A DNA stretch of 63,416 nucleotides from Desulfobacteraceae bacterium. Lineage in GTDB: Bacteria; Desulfobacterota; DSM-4660; Desulfatiglandales; Desulfatiglandaceae. The DNA lies in NCBI GenBank assembly GCA_003599015.1, contig QZIK01000133.1, forward strand, positions 1 through 63,416, in the 5' to 3' direction. A program made the translations under genes and the position numbers. The notes under the pieces are model-generated. The model saw nothing but the letters and a program-made list of their open reading frames with translations. It was not told the origin of the DNA and searched no databases. Below, piece after piece: positions 46,317-56,118 of this stretch (the stretch's first letter is position 1; every line of letters begins with the position of its first letter).

Positions 46317-47498
46317 TTACTTCTTTTTTGCCGGGGCTTTCTTGGCCCCGAAGTAGTGGTTATATGCCATGCGCCGATTCACATTGGTATCCATATCCCA
46401 GGCTACGGCGCGTTTGGCGAATGCATATTGCGAGTCAAGGACCTCCTTGAAAAGAGGGTTCTTTTCGGAATATTTCTTTATAACCTCGTCGAAGATTTCA
46501 AGCTGCTTCTGGAGCACGGAATCAGGTGTCTTGTATACCTTGACCTTATCTTTGGTCTGCAGCTCGATGTAGTCTTTGGAGTAACGGTCAATAGCTTTCC
46601 ATGACATATCCGCGGAAGCTGCCTCCACGGCGTTTTCGATGATGGCTTTTACCTTGTCGGGGAGTGCATTGAACTTATCCTTGTTGAACATGACCTCGAA
46701 CTGTTCTGCACTCTGATGGAAACTTTGCAGCATGTAAACCTTGGAGACATCCGGGAAGCCTAGCAGGCGGTCGGATGAGGCGTTGTTGAACTCCGCCCCG
46801 TCAAGCAGCCCTCTATCCAGAGCCGGCACAATTTCACCTCCGGGCAATGCATTGACCGCTGCACCCAGTCCCGTGAAGAGGTCAATAGAGATTCCAACCG
46901 TTCGGAATTTCAGGCCCTTGAAATCATCCGGTTTGCTGATCGGTTTTTTGAACCATCCCAGGGGCTGGGTCGGCATTGGGCCATAGGGGAAGGAAACCAC
47001 GTTTGCGCCGATGGAGTCATAGATCTTTTGCAGAAGCGCCTTGCCGCCGCCGTATTTATGCCAGGAGAGCAGCATGTTGGCATCCATGCCGAAGGCAGGG
47101 CTTGATCCCCAAAGAGCAAGGGCGTTTTGCTTGCCGTAATGGTATACAAGCACTCCGTGGCCGCCGTCCAGCGTTCCCTTGCTTACCGCGTCAAGCAGGT
47201 TAAACGCCGGCACCACCGCTCCGGCAGGAAGGACCTCAATTTTGAGATCTCCACCGGTCATGTCATTGACCTTTTTTGCAAAGTCAAGGGCGTATTCGTG
47301 GAAAATGTCCTTTGTTGGCCACGTGCTCTGCCAGCGCATTGAAATAGGCCCCTGAGCCTTAACAATGGCCGGGAACCCCATGGTTGCTGCTGCTCCGCCC
47401 GCTGCAAGTGCTGAAGCCAGAAACTTGCGCCGGGACATCCCCTTCTGGGCCTTGACCTGATCCGAGTTCTTCTGACTGCCTGAATTACTCTTACTCAT
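46317..47498 (-). CDS. TRAP transporter substrate-binding protein (DctP family, FcbT1-like), Tat signal
   Basis: MSRRKFLASALAAGGAAATMGFPAIVKAQG twin-arginine leader. DctP-like core. ATG at 47498 preceded by AAGGAGGAAGG. Confidence 0.85.
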   Translation of the reverse strand: MSKSNSGSQKNSDQVKAQKGMSRRKFLASALAAGGAAATMGFPAIVKAQGPISMRWQSTWPTKDIFHEYALDFAKKVNDMTGGDLKIEVLPAGAVVPAFNLLDAVSKGTLDGGHGVLVYHYGKQNALALWGSSPAFGMDANMLLSWHKYGGGKALLQKIYDSIGANVVSFPYGPMPTQPLGWFKKPISKPDDFKGLKFRTVGISIDLFTGLGAAVNALPGGEIVPALDRGLLDGAEFNNASSDRLLGFPDVSKVYMLQSFHQSAEQFEVMFNKDKFNALPDKVKAIIENAVEAASADMSWKAIDRYSKDYIELQTKDKVKVYKTPDSVLQKQLEIFDEVIKKYSEKNPLFKEVLDSQYAFAKRAVAWDMDTNVNRRMAYNHYFGAKKAPAKKK

Positions 47499-47579
47499 GC
47501 CTTCCTCCTTAAGAAATTTTTGGGTTGTAAGAAAAAAGACGAGAAACGGGAAAAAGGGACCTACCCTACAGTTTAGCAA

Positions 47580-47607
47580 AGTTAAGAAAAAAGTTTCTTT
47601 GTGTCAA
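47580..47607 (-). promoter_or_regulatory. candidate sigma-70 promoter of the TRAP operon
   Basis: Minus strand: TTGACA (47607-47602), a 16-nt spacer, then TTAACT (47585-47580). Confidence 0.35.
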
Positions 47608-47623
47608 CAGATAAAAAGGATAC

Positions 47624-47658
47624 TAAAAAGAGGTCTCCCTCTAAGTCGGGAGGCCTCT
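47624..47658 (-). terminator. intrinsic terminator closing the Liv-type ABC / CoA-ligase operon
   Basis: Minus strand: AGAGGCCTCCC, an 8-nt loop, GGGAGACCTCT (one mismatch), followed by TTTTT. It lies 22 nt after the lipoprotein stop. Confidence 0.6.
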
Positions 47659-47679
47659 TATGCAGTTTCAACCGAATGA

Positions 47680-48237
47680 TTATTTCTTAACTATCTTGCC
47701 CGTAAGTCCGCCGAGCCAGTCTTTTATTCCATCCCCCACAGAGGGTCCCTTTACGGTGAATGTTGTATCAGCCTTTATGTCGCTTTCCATGCTCACTGCC
47801 CTGGCAGTGTATGTGCCCTCTGGAATTGGCGGTTTGCTTATAATTACTATGTTTTCATTCTTGGCGTTTGAACCCATATCGGCCCTTAGAATCTCTGTTA
47901 CCTTGGAGAGGGTGGCAACCTTGGCCACAAAGCTCCCGTCTTTGTCTACCGCTGCGTCAGCAAGGGGAACGTCGACTTTCTTGCCGCCCTTTTCAACACC
48001 CAAAAGGCTTATGAACACGGAGTCTCCAGGTTTAAATCCCTTGCCTTTAAAAGAAATGGGTGTCCCCAGGACTCTTGCAACACCAAGGCTTATGCACTCA
48101 GGATCCACTATCAACTGGGCTCCTTTTAAATTAGGGTCGAAGTCCCTTGGAGCAGATGCACAACTGAAAACAAAGGCCAGCGAAGTTACCGCTAAAGCCA
48201 AAAAAATCGTTTTGATATGATTCGTTTTTCTAATCAT
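47680..48237 (-). CDS. hypothetical lipoprotein
   Basis: Signal peptide with lipobox (LAFVFSC). Beta-rich sequence. GAGGAGGA RBS before the ATG at 48237. Confidence 0.55.
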   Translation of the reverse strand: MIRKTNHIKTIFLALAVTSLAFVFSCASAPRDFDPNLKGAQLIVDPECISLGVARVLGTPISFKGKGFKPGDSVFISLLGVEKGGKKVDVPLADAAVDKDGSFVAKVATLSKVTEILRADMGSNAKNENIVIISKPPIPEGTYTARAVSMESDIKADTTFTVKGPSVGDGIKDWLGGLTGKIVKK

Positions 48238-48282
48238 TTTAATCCTCCTCAAAATATTCCATCTAATGCTCAGCATGAAAAC

Positions 48283-49488
48283 CTAGATGCGTCCCAGTTT
48301 TTTAAGGACGACATCCAGGTCCACATCGGAGCTCATCCAGTCTGATATTTGAACGGCCTTTCCTCCCTCTTCAACCTTTGCAAGGAATGAGGATCGGGCT
48401 CCTTGTCTCTGGGTTGGTCCATAAGTCAATTTGGGCCCGATTCCCTGGAAATCTTTCAAGGATTCCATGGCCTTTACGAAACTGTCCGCAGTGAGATCCC
48501 TGCCTGCCCTCTGGAGGGCCTCAACCATTGGTTCAACAAAGAGAAATCCGGCATAAAAGAAGATGCCCCACCGGTCCTGTGCCGCGAATTTCTCCTGGGC
48601 TTTCTTATACTTAATCATAAGAGGGCTCTTTGAATCAATAAGTTCACCGAACGAAACATATATTACATCTTTGAAAAGGCCCTTGGTAATTTTATACATG
48701 ATATCTGTATCGCTCAACGTACTTGTGGTCATCCACTGTGGTGAAAAACCCAGTTTTGCCGCCGTTCCGAGGATTATGGCCCCGTGTTTTGGTAAGAGCC
48801 ACATGAGAACGCAGTCAGGTTCGGCCGCCTTGAGTTTCATGCAGTGGGAACTAAGATCTGTGTCAAGCGGTTCAACGGATACCGAGGCGACAAGTTTCAT
48901 GCCCATCTTTTCAAGCGCGTATTCAGCGCCTGCAAGACCTTCCTTACCGTAATCGTCGTTTTGATAAAAGAAGGCGATCCTTTTTTTGCCCATCTTCTTT
49001 ACAGCATAGTTGACAAGTATGGCAGCTTCATCAATGTACAGGGGATAATTTGCAAAAAGATACTTGCTGGGTGGAAAAGCCCAGTGTGTTGAACCTGTAG
49101 CGGGGCCAACCCATGGGACCTTGTTGCTGTCGAGATATTTTTTGACCGCCATACCGGGCGCGGTGCCGACACCGCTTGCAAATGCGAATACCTGCTTGTC
49201 TTCGATCAATTCCTTTGCAATGGCCTTGGTGCGGGGCGGCATGTAACCGTCATCCCTCAGGAAGTAGTTTATTTTGCGGCCGTGTATGCCGCCTTCGTCG
49301 TTGATCATATCAAAGTAGCATCCTGTTCCTCTTGCCACAGCGCCCCAAAGAGCGGCCGGGCCGGTCTGGGGCCCCCATTGACCTATTCGAATCTCAGTAT
49401 CGGTTACGCCTCTTTCAGCAGACACTATCGGAACTGTACCCAGCAATAAAACCAGTAAACACAAACCCATCAACGCATACTTTTTCAT
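48283..49488 (-). CDS. ABC transporter substrate-binding protein, LivJ/LivK (type I periplasmic binding protein) family
   Basis: Signal peptide MKKYALMGLCLLVLLLGTVPIVSA. A typical IRIGQWGPQTGPAALWG start to the mature protein. GAGGAGGA RBS. Confidence 0.85.
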   Translation of the reverse strand: MKKYALMGLCLLVLLLGTVPIVSAERGVTDTEIRIGQWGPQTGPAALWGAVARGTGCYFDMINDEGGIHGRKINYFLRDDGYMPPRTKAIAKELIEDKQVFAFASGVGTAPGMAVKKYLDSNKVPWVGPATGSTHWAFPPSKYLFANYPLYIDEAAILVNYAVKKMGKKRIAFFYQNDDYGKEGLAGAEYALEKMGMKLVASVSVEPLDTDLSSHCMKLKAAEPDCVLMWLLPKHGAIILGTAAKLGFSPQWMTTSTLSDTDIMYKITKGLFKDVIYVSFGELIDSKSPLMIKYKKAQEKFAAQDRWGIFFYAGFLFVEPMVEALQRAGRDLTADSFVKAMESLKDFQGIGPKLTYGPTQRQGARSSFLAKVEEGGKAVQISDWMSSDVDLDVVLKKLGRI

Positions 49489-49562
49489 ACTTTTCCTCCT
49501 CTGTTCCTTTTGAATGAAGGTTTCAATAAACACCTGCTCCGGCCGGACCATTAATTTGGTCC

Positions 49563-51371
49563 CTATTTCTTGTACATGGCCTCAATGAGATCCCTGAAGG
49601 CCTCATTTACGTACTTTCTCTTTACCTTCATGGTGGGGGTCACCTCTCCATCTTCCTCATAGAGTTTCTTGGGAATAATCTTAAATTTTTTGACCTGTTC
49701 CACTCTAGACAGGGTTTCGTTGACCTTATCCACTTCTACCTGGATCAGACTTATAATCTCAGGACTCTGGGTAAGATCCTTATAGGTTGAAAACTGGATT
49801 TTGTTATCCTGAGCATACTTAACGACATTGTCCTCATCAATGGCGATTAGGGCGCTTATAAATTTCCTCTTGTCTCCTATAACTATTGCATCGTTTATAT
49901 AGGGACTGAATTTAAGCTTGTTTTCAATATATTGAGGAGTGATATTCTTCCCGCCGGCTGTTACTATAATATCCTTTTTCCTGTCGGTTATCTTGAGATA
50001 GCCGTCATTGTCAAGCTCTCCGACATCTCCGGAACAGAGCCATCCGTCCTTCAGTGTCTCTTCTGTGGCTTCAGGGTTTTTATAATAGCCCTTGAAAACG
50101 CTTGGTGCCTTCACGAGAATCTCGCCGTCATCTGCTATCTTTACATCCGTTCCGGTCAAGGGGGGCCCCACCGTGCCGAGTTTAACTTTTCCTATTCTTG
50201 AAACGCAGGTTACGCCTGTTCCTTCTGTTTGACCGTATCCTTCTATGAGATTTACGCCTATGGATTGAAAAAAAAGAAGCACATCAGGGCTTATGGGTGC
50301 CGCCCCTGAATAAGCGACCCTGAGCCTGTCAAAGCCGAGCCGCTCTTTTAATTTTCTAAATACAGACAGGTAGGCAAGCTTGTAAAGCCCCTCCAGGTAT
50401 AAAGGTACAGGCTTGAAGCTCATCATCAATGAGGCCCTCTGCTTGCCTATCTTGAGGGCAAGGCCAAATACCATCTTTTTAAACCAGGTTGCATCCGACA
50501 TCTTGATATATACTGTTGAAAGATACTTCTCCCAGATCCTGGGCACAGCATAACCGACGGTAGGGGATATCTCGCGCATGTTGTCGGTAACAGTATCCAG
50601 GTTTTCAATAAAATTAACTGTATATCCATGAGTTATATGGGCAAAAACCGAGAAAAGTCTCTCGAATATATGACATAGAGGCAAAAAACTCATCACCTCG
50701 TCGGTATCATAAATGCGATTATCAGAGGTAATGGCATGGGACATCCAGGTTACATTCCTGTGGGTAAGCATGGCCCCCTTTGGTGGGCCGGTTGTTCCGG
50801 AGGTATAGATAAGCACAGAAAGATCCTCCGGCGTAATCTCCCCGGCTTTTTCTTCAACAAGGGCCGGATTCTTTTCTAAGGCGCTTTTTCCCGAATCCAA
50901 AAGCTCATCGAAGGTGATAACCATGGGATCCTTGAAATGCCTCAGACCTTCCAGGTCCCAGACTATGACTTTTTTAAGAAAGGGAACGTTGTCTCTGAAT
51001 TGAAACCACTTATCAAGCTGTTCTTCGTTTTCCACAAAAAAGAACTTGGATTCGGAGTTCTGTATCACATACTCCACCTGAGGCCATGCATTGGTGGAAT
51101 AGACCCCCACTGCAACTCCCCCGGCACACTGAATTCCCATGTCGGCAATAACCCATTCAGGGCAGTTGTCTCCTATTATTGAGACGCAATCACCTTTTTC
51201 AAGACCCATTGAAATGAGGGCTGCCCCTACCTGTGATGCGAGTCTGTAGTAGTCCTTCCAGGTGATGTCATGCCAAAGTCCGAATTCCTTCTTTCGCATT
51301 GCGGCACGGTCTCCATACTTTTCGACCGTGCTTTTGAATATAGCTGGTACCGCACCGATATTGTTGTTCAT
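49563..51371 (-). CDS. AMP-dependent acyl-CoA synthetase (long-chain-fatty-acid--CoA ligase-like)
   Basis: AMP-binding motif IYTSGTTGPPKGAMLTHRN, plus GYGQTEG, GDVGELDNDGYLKITDRKKD and GGKNI. Start at ATG 51371. Confidence 0.85.
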   Translation of the reverse strand: MNNNIGAVPAIFKSTVEKYGDRAAMRKKEFGLWHDITWKDYYRLASQVGAALISMGLEKGDCVSIIGDNCPEWVIADMGIQCAGGVAVGVYSTNAWPQVEYVIQNSESKFFFVENEEQLDKWFQFRDNVPFLKKVIVWDLEGLRHFKDPMVITFDELLDSGKSALEKNPALVEEKAGEITPEDLSVLIYTSGTTGPPKGAMLTHRNVTWMSHAITSDNRIYDTDEVMSFLPLCHIFERLFSVFAHITHGYTVNFIENLDTVTDNMREISPTVGYAVPRIWEKYLSTVYIKMSDATWFKKMVFGLALKIGKQRASLMMSFKPVPLYLEGLYKLAYLSVFRKLKERLGFDRLRVAYSGAAPISPDVLLFFQSIGVNLIEGYGQTEGTGVTCVSRIGKVKLGTVGPPLTGTDVKIADDGEILVKAPSVFKGYYKNPEATEETLKDGWLCSGDVGELDNDGYLKITDRKKDIIVTAGGKNITPQYIENKLKFSPYINDAIVIGDKRKFISALIAIDEDNVVKYAQDNKIQFSTYKDLTQSPEIISLIQVEVDKVNETLSRVEQVKKFKIIPKKLYEEDGEVTPTMKVKRKYVNEAFRDLIEAMYKK

Positions 51372-51417
51372 AATCTGAAAAACTCCGATTTGAAACTGAT
51401 CATGTGCGCATGGTCCT

Positions 51418-52212
51418 CTAACGCCACCGCTTTTTTCTCTTCCATCGCTGAAACCCTTTGGCGGATTCCTCCGAGCGCACACCCATGTAAAATTCCTGAA
51501 CGTCCTTATCCTGCATAAGCTCGTTCGATTTACCCTTCATAACGAACCTGCCGTTTTCAAGTATAAGGCCCACATGAGAGATACTGAGGGCCATGCGGGC
51601 ATTTTGTTCCACCAGTAGAATGGAAACTCCCTGCCTTGATATCTCAACTATGATCCTAAATATCTCTTTGACCAGGAGAGGGGAGAGCCCCAGGGAAGGT
51701 TCATCTAGAAACAATAGCTTTGGCCTGTTCATCAGGGCCCTGCCTATGGCAAGCATCTGCTGTTCTCCGCCTGAAAGCGTGCCGGCCCACTGGTTCTCCC
51801 TTTGTTTAAGAATGGGGAAATAACCATATATCCTGTCGAAATCACTTTTTATTCCTCCCCGGTCCCGTCTGATGTAGGCCCCCATCAGGAGGTTTTCCTT
51901 AACCGTCAATTCATCGAAGACCTCTCTACCTTCGGGGACATAGGAAAGCCCCATGCGAACTATTACCTCCGGGTCTTTACCATCTATTCTTCTTCCCAGG
52001 AACTCAATTGTCCCCTTGTCTGGCTGATCGTCCAGAAGTCCCATAACCGTCTTGAGTATGGTTGATTTTCCCGCTCCGTTGTTTCCAAGCACGGCCGTTA
52101 TGGTGTTATCTTCTACAGTGAGAGAAACACCTCTCAGGGCATAGATAAGACCATAGAATGTTTCTATGTTTTTAATTTCAAGCAGCGTTCCCAATGATTT
52201 CTTCCTCTCCAA
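51418..52212 (-). CDS. ABC transporter ATP-binding protein, LivF-like
   Basis: Walker A GNNGAGKST, signature LSGGEQQML, Walker B LLFLDEPS. Short basic C-terminal extension. Confidence 0.85.
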   Translation of the reverse strand: MERKKSLGTLLEIKNIETFYGLIYALRGVSLTVEDNTITAVLGNNGAGKSTILKTVMGLLDDQPDKGTIEFLGRRIDGKDPEVIVRMGLSYVPEGREVFDELTVKENLLMGAYIRRDRGGIKSDFDRIYGYFPILKQRENQWAGTLSGGEQQMLAIGRALMNRPKLLFLDEPSLGLSPLLVKEIFRIIVEISRQGVSILLVEQNARMALSISHVGLILENGRFVMKGKSNELMQDKDVQEFYMGVRSEESAKGFQRWKRKKRWR

Positions 52213-52975
52213 GGTAGGCCTTCAGTACATCCGGATGCCTTTGTACCTCATCAGGCATGCCTTCCACGATGGGCCTGCCAAAGTTTATGGCCAGGACCCT
52301 GTCGGATATATCCATGACCATTTTCATATCGTGCTCTATAAGGAGTATGGTGACCCCCAGTTCGTCCTGTATGTCCTTTATCCAGAAAATCAGATCCTGT
52401 TTTTCCTCTGAGTTCATTCCCGCCGAAGGCTCGTCCAGCAGGAGCATTTTGGGCTCAAGGGCAAGGGCTCTTCCAAGCTCAACAAGCTTCTGAGTTCCAT
52501 ACGGAAGATTGCCTACGAAGTGATTACGAGCAGACTGAAGATCCAGGAGATCGATTATTTTTTCCACTCTCTCACGGTGGAGTATCTCTTCCCTGGCCGC
52601 CCTGGAACCTCTCCTGAAAAATGTTGCACCGCTTAAAACTCCGGTTTTCATGTGGACATGGCGGCCAAGCATAAGGTTTTCCATGGTCGTCATGCGGGAG
52701 AAAAGTTCTATGTTCTGGAAGGTTCTGGCAATCCCCTTTTGGGCTATCTTGTGGGGTTTGAGTCCTGTTATTTCTTCTCCCTGGAATACGATACTTCCGC
52801 TGCTGGGTTTGTAAAGTCCGCTTATGCAATTAAAGATGGTCGTTTTTCCCGCCCCGTTAGGTCCTATAATGGAGAAGATGGTTCCCTTGGCCACAGTAAA
52901 GCTTACCCCGTCAACCGCCATTAGACCGCCAAAGCTTATACACAGTTTATCCACTGAAAAGAAGACGTCGCTCAT
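52178..52975 (-). CDS. ABC transporter ATP-binding protein, LivG-like
   Basis: Walker A GPNGAGKTT, signature LPYGTQKLVEL, Walker B MLLLDEPSAGM. Confidence 0.9.
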   Translation of the reverse strand: MSDVFFSVDKLCISFGGLMAVDGVSFTVAKGTIFSIIGPNGAGKTTIFNCISGLYKPSSGSIVFQGEEITGLKPHKIAQKGIARTFQNIELFSRMTTMENLMLGRHVHMKTGVLSGATFFRRGSRAAREEILHRERVEKIIDLLDLQSARNHFVGNLPYGTQKLVELGRALALEPKMLLLDEPSAGMNSEEKQDLIFWIKDIQDELGVTILLIEHDMKMVMDISDRVLAINFGRPIVEGMPDEVQRHPDVLKAYLGEEEIIGNAA

Positions 52976-53008
52976 TGTCCGGTTATAAACCGCCTCTCTT
53001 TTATGCTT

Positions 53009-53881
53009 TTATACTTTCTTTATGTAATGTTTGGCAAAAAGTCCGCTTGGCTTAAAGCACAACACAAGCACAATAATGCCGAAGGCTACTATGGATTTAA
53101 ACTCAAGTGATACATAACCCCCGAACAGGTTTTCTATAATTCCGAGTATGTAACCGCCAAGAGCTGAACCCACCAGGGTGGTCATTCCACCCAGCACCGC
53201 GGATGCAAATCCTTTCAAAAGCGGTTCAAGCATCAGATTGGGGTCCAGCGTAGCTACGGGGGCAAGCATAATGCCGGCCACAGCTCCAATGGTTGAGCTC
53301 ATAGCCCATGTAACCGATAATATGCGATTAACACGAATACCGTTTACCCTTGCAGCCATTGGATTTTGTTGTGTGGCCTTCATGGCAATCCCTACTTTGG
53401 TATAGCGGAAGAAAAGAAAGAGCAATAACATCAGTGCCAGCGTTACCAGGAGAGTCGCCAGGTTCAGATAGCTTATGACAGCAGGTCCAAGGTTTACAAG
53501 GTCGAAGTCTGAGACAGGAAAAGGCAGGTCTCTCTGATCCGCACCCCATTTCCAGCTGGCCACTCCGTAAAGAACCATTTCAAAGCCGAGGGTAATCAGT
53601 ATGAGACTCAGGATGTTGGGGTCCTTCGCCCTCCTAAGGAAAACAAACTCCAGAAATGCCCCCAGCAGGGCGGCGAACAAAAGGGCGCCTATAAATGATA
53701 TTGCAAATGAATGTCCGTAGGTCACAAGCAGGGTAAATGCCACAAAGGTAGACAGCATGGCCATTTCGCCCTGGCCGAAGTTCGGGACCTCTGAAGTCTT
53801 GTAGATAATGACCATTGCCAGCGCTATTAGAGCATAAAGGCTTCCGAACGACAGACCGCTTAACAGCAGTTGAAGAAACAT
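53009..53881 (-). CDS. branched-chain-amino-acid-type ABC permease, LivH-like
   Basis: 290 aa, 8 TM helices, N-terminus MFLQLLLSGLSFGSLYALIALAMVIIY typical of LivH. Confidence 0.85.
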   Translation of the reverse strand: MFLQLLLSGLSFGSLYALIALAMVIIYKTSEVPNFGQGEMAMLSTFVAFTLLVTYGHSFAISFIGALLFAALLGAFLEFVFLRRAKDPNILSLILITLGFEMVLYGVASWKWGADQRDLPFPVSDFDLVNLGPAVISYLNLATLLVTLALMLLLFLFFRYTKVGIAMKATQQNPMAARVNGIRVNRILSVTWAMSSTIGAVAGIMLAPVATLDPNLMLEPLLKGFASAVLGGMTTLVGSALGGYILGIIENLFGGYVSLEFKSIVAFGIIVLVLCFKPSGLFAKHYIKKV

Positions 53882-53952
53882 AAGGTTGTCCGCTCCTTAC
53901 CATAAAATACAACCTGTGCCTGCCTGTGGACACGCACCGGTTAAAGTAATCG

Positions 53953-55002
53953 CTAAAAAGGCCATGTCTTCCAGTAGATCTTTGTTCTTATCCAAAAGCC
54001 GTAAAGCCCCAGAGGCTCAAAGACCACAAGGAGGATTATTATGAGCCCGAAAATAATACTTGCTATATTGGGAAGGCCTGCAACGGTCATGAACTTTTCT
54101 GAAAATCCTATGAGCAACCCGCCCAGATAGGGAAGCTCCTGGATTTTGTCCAGTTCCAGCATCAGCCAGGTCATTACGATGCCTCCCATGATGGAGCCGA
54201 AGATGGAGCCAAGACCTCCTACTATTACAAAGGCCAGGAAATAGATGGAAAGTATGAAGTTGAACGTACTCGGGCTTATGAATCCAAGGAGAAATGCAAA
54301 AAGTCCCCCTGCAACACCCGTGTAGAACGCGCTTACGGCAAAGGCGAGGGTTTTGTAGTAAACTAGGTTTACTCCCATGGTTTCAGCTGCTATATCGCTA
54401 TCCCTTATTGCGATAAAGGCCCTTCCGACTCTGGTTTTCATGAGGTTGCGTGCTCCCAGAACCATAAGAAAGGCTATGGTCACTGTAATGAAGTAGCGCC
54501 CCAGGTCAGTTGTTATTGATATTCCAAATAACGACAAGGCAGGCGCCTCTACACCCATCCTTCCCCCGAATACTTCCCATCTTCCGATGACCTGGGTGAT
54601 GGCCATTCCGAATCCCAACGTGGCTATTGCAAGGTAAGGCCCCTCAAGCCTCAATGCAGGCAAGCCAAGTACGAATCCGAAAAAAGCGGCAATGAAGGCA
54701 GCAGCTACAAGGGCGAATAGAAATGGAAAATGGAATGCCTTCATCAAAAGTACGGTTCCGTATGCGCCTATGGCAAAAAAGCCTGCGTGACCGAGGGATA
54801 TCTGTCCGGTGTAGCCCACTAGAATGTTAAGGCCAATGGTGACTATGATGTTGATGGCCATGTAATTGGCCATGTAAATGTAATAACTGGGCGCAAGGAA
54901 AGGAAATGTAACAAGGGCGGCGATCAACATCAAGAACCAAAACCAGAGGACCTTGCTGTCCAGTAGCTGAATGTCCTCATAATAGTCCCTCTTCATGTCC
55001 AT
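53953..55002 (-). CDS. branched-chain-amino-acid-type ABC permease, LivM-like
   Basis: 349 aa polytopic protein with GQISLGHAGFFAIGAY, characteristic of LivM. Confidence 0.85.
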   Translation of the reverse strand: MDMKRDYYEDIQLLDSKVLWFWFLMLIAALVTFPFLAPSYYIYMANYMAINIIVTIGLNILVGYTGQISLGHAGFFAIGAYGTVLLMKAFHFPFLFALVAAAFIAAFFGFVLGLPALRLEGPYLAIATLGFGMAITQVIGRWEVFGGRMGVEAPALSLFGISITTDLGRYFITVTIAFLMVLGARNLMKTRVGRAFIAIRDSDIAAETMGVNLVYYKTLAFAVSAFYTGVAGGLFAFLLGFISPSTFNFILSIYFLAFVIVGGLGSIFGSIMGGIVMTWLMLELDKIQELPYLGGLLIGFSEKFMTVAGLPNIASIIFGLIIILLVVFEPLGLYGFWIRTKIYWKTWPF

Positions 55003-55026
55003 GGCAGTTTGCTTATTCTCCTGTTC

Positions 55027-55434
55027 TTAAATGAATCCTTGGCTGCTGGAACCGGAGCCTTCTTCACCGTTCCACATCCTTTCAAGGACCTTGGTATAGT
55101 AAATCTCGGTTTCCTCCAAAAGAGGCGATTTCTTTCCTGTCATGTTGAGCTTGAGTATCCGGAAGTTAATCCTCTTTATCAAGCGGTATCTATCTCTTTC
55201 ATCCTGCATGGCTGAAAGTAGATCCTCCATCTGTCTGATTTCTCTTCTGAGCTGAAGCTCCGGCGGCAGACAATCTGCATTCCTAAGTATCTTGTAAGCA
55301 ATTCTTAGATCTTCAGGGACGTTACTGTCGTCTTCCAAAACAAGAGGTTCGCCGGCACCGGGGAGATTATCGAATTCTCCCTTTTCAATGGCTTCGCTTA
55401 TCTTTTTTTCAGCTATTTTTTCGAAACCTAACAA
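55027..55434 (-). CDS. DnaJC28-like DUF1992 domain protein
   Basis: IAEKKISEAIEKGEFDNLPGAGEPL matches the DUF1992 N-terminal signature. TTG start. Lies 24 nt upstream of livM. Confidence 0.65.
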   Translation of the reverse strand: MLGFEKIAEKKISEAIEKGEFDNLPGAGEPLVLEDDSNVPEDLRIAYKILRNADCLPPELQLRREIRQMEDLLSAMQDERDRYRLIKRINFRILKLNMTGKKSPLLEETEIYYTKVLERMWNGEEGSGSSSQGFI

Positions 55435-55628
55435 GTTGAGCTCCGGTCAAAAATCAATTTTTCACTAATATTAAATCTGTTAGATCCTTGCAAGCTTTTT
55501 TTGGGGACGCCTGATTTCATATCTAGTCCGAGGGGTTCGTCTCAAGAAGGACTAATGGCGCTTGACAATAACATGATCATCCGATATTCCCAAGAAGCTT
55601 AACTGGATAATAAGCTTGTAATATCAGG

Positions 55629-56117
55629 GTGGCCGGAGGCATGGCTTTATCTATGGTTGATGAAACGGACAGGAAGGTTATAAGCCTTATTCAGGGAGAC
55701 ATTCCCTTGGTTGAGAGACCTTTCTCGGTCCTGGCCAGGAAGGCTGGTATAAGCGAAGATGTCTTCATAAGTCGCATCCTCACTCTCAAGGAAAAGGGCG
55801 TAATAAGAAGGTTCGGAGCAACCCTGCGGCACCAGGAGGCGGGTTTCAGCGCTAACGCCATGGCGGCATGGCAGGTTGAGGAGGATAGGATTGAGGAGGT
55901 GGGAAGCACCCTTGCAGGGTTCAGAGAGGTAACCCACTGCTATCAGCGAAGGCCCCACCCTCAATGGCCTTTCAGCCTTTATACCATGCTTCATGGAAAG
56001 AGCGAAGACCAGTGCAGGGAACTTGCGGAAGAAATGTCGGAGAAGGTGGGCGTTAAAAAATATGTCCTTCTTTTCAGTGTTGAGGAATTCAAGAAAACGA
56101 GCATGGAGTATTTTTGA
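55629..56117 (+). CDS. siroheme decarboxylase subunit (AhbA/AhbB, NirDLGH family; Lrp/AsnC-like fold)
   Basis: [23 protein letters not shown]...GVIRRFGA...VTHCYQR follows the Ahb/NirD pattern. The stop is 1 nt before hemL. The start is ambiguous (GTG 55629, ATG 55641 or ATG 55653). Confidence 0.75.
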   Translation: MAGGMALSMVDETDRKVISLIQGDIPLVERPFSVLARKAGISEDVFISRILTLKEKGVIRRFGATLRHQEAGFSANAMAAWQVEEDRIEEVGSTLAGFREVTHCYQRRPHPQWPFSLYTMLHGKSEDQCRELAEEMSEKVGVKKYVLLFSVEEFKKTSMEYF

Positions 56118-56118
56118 G

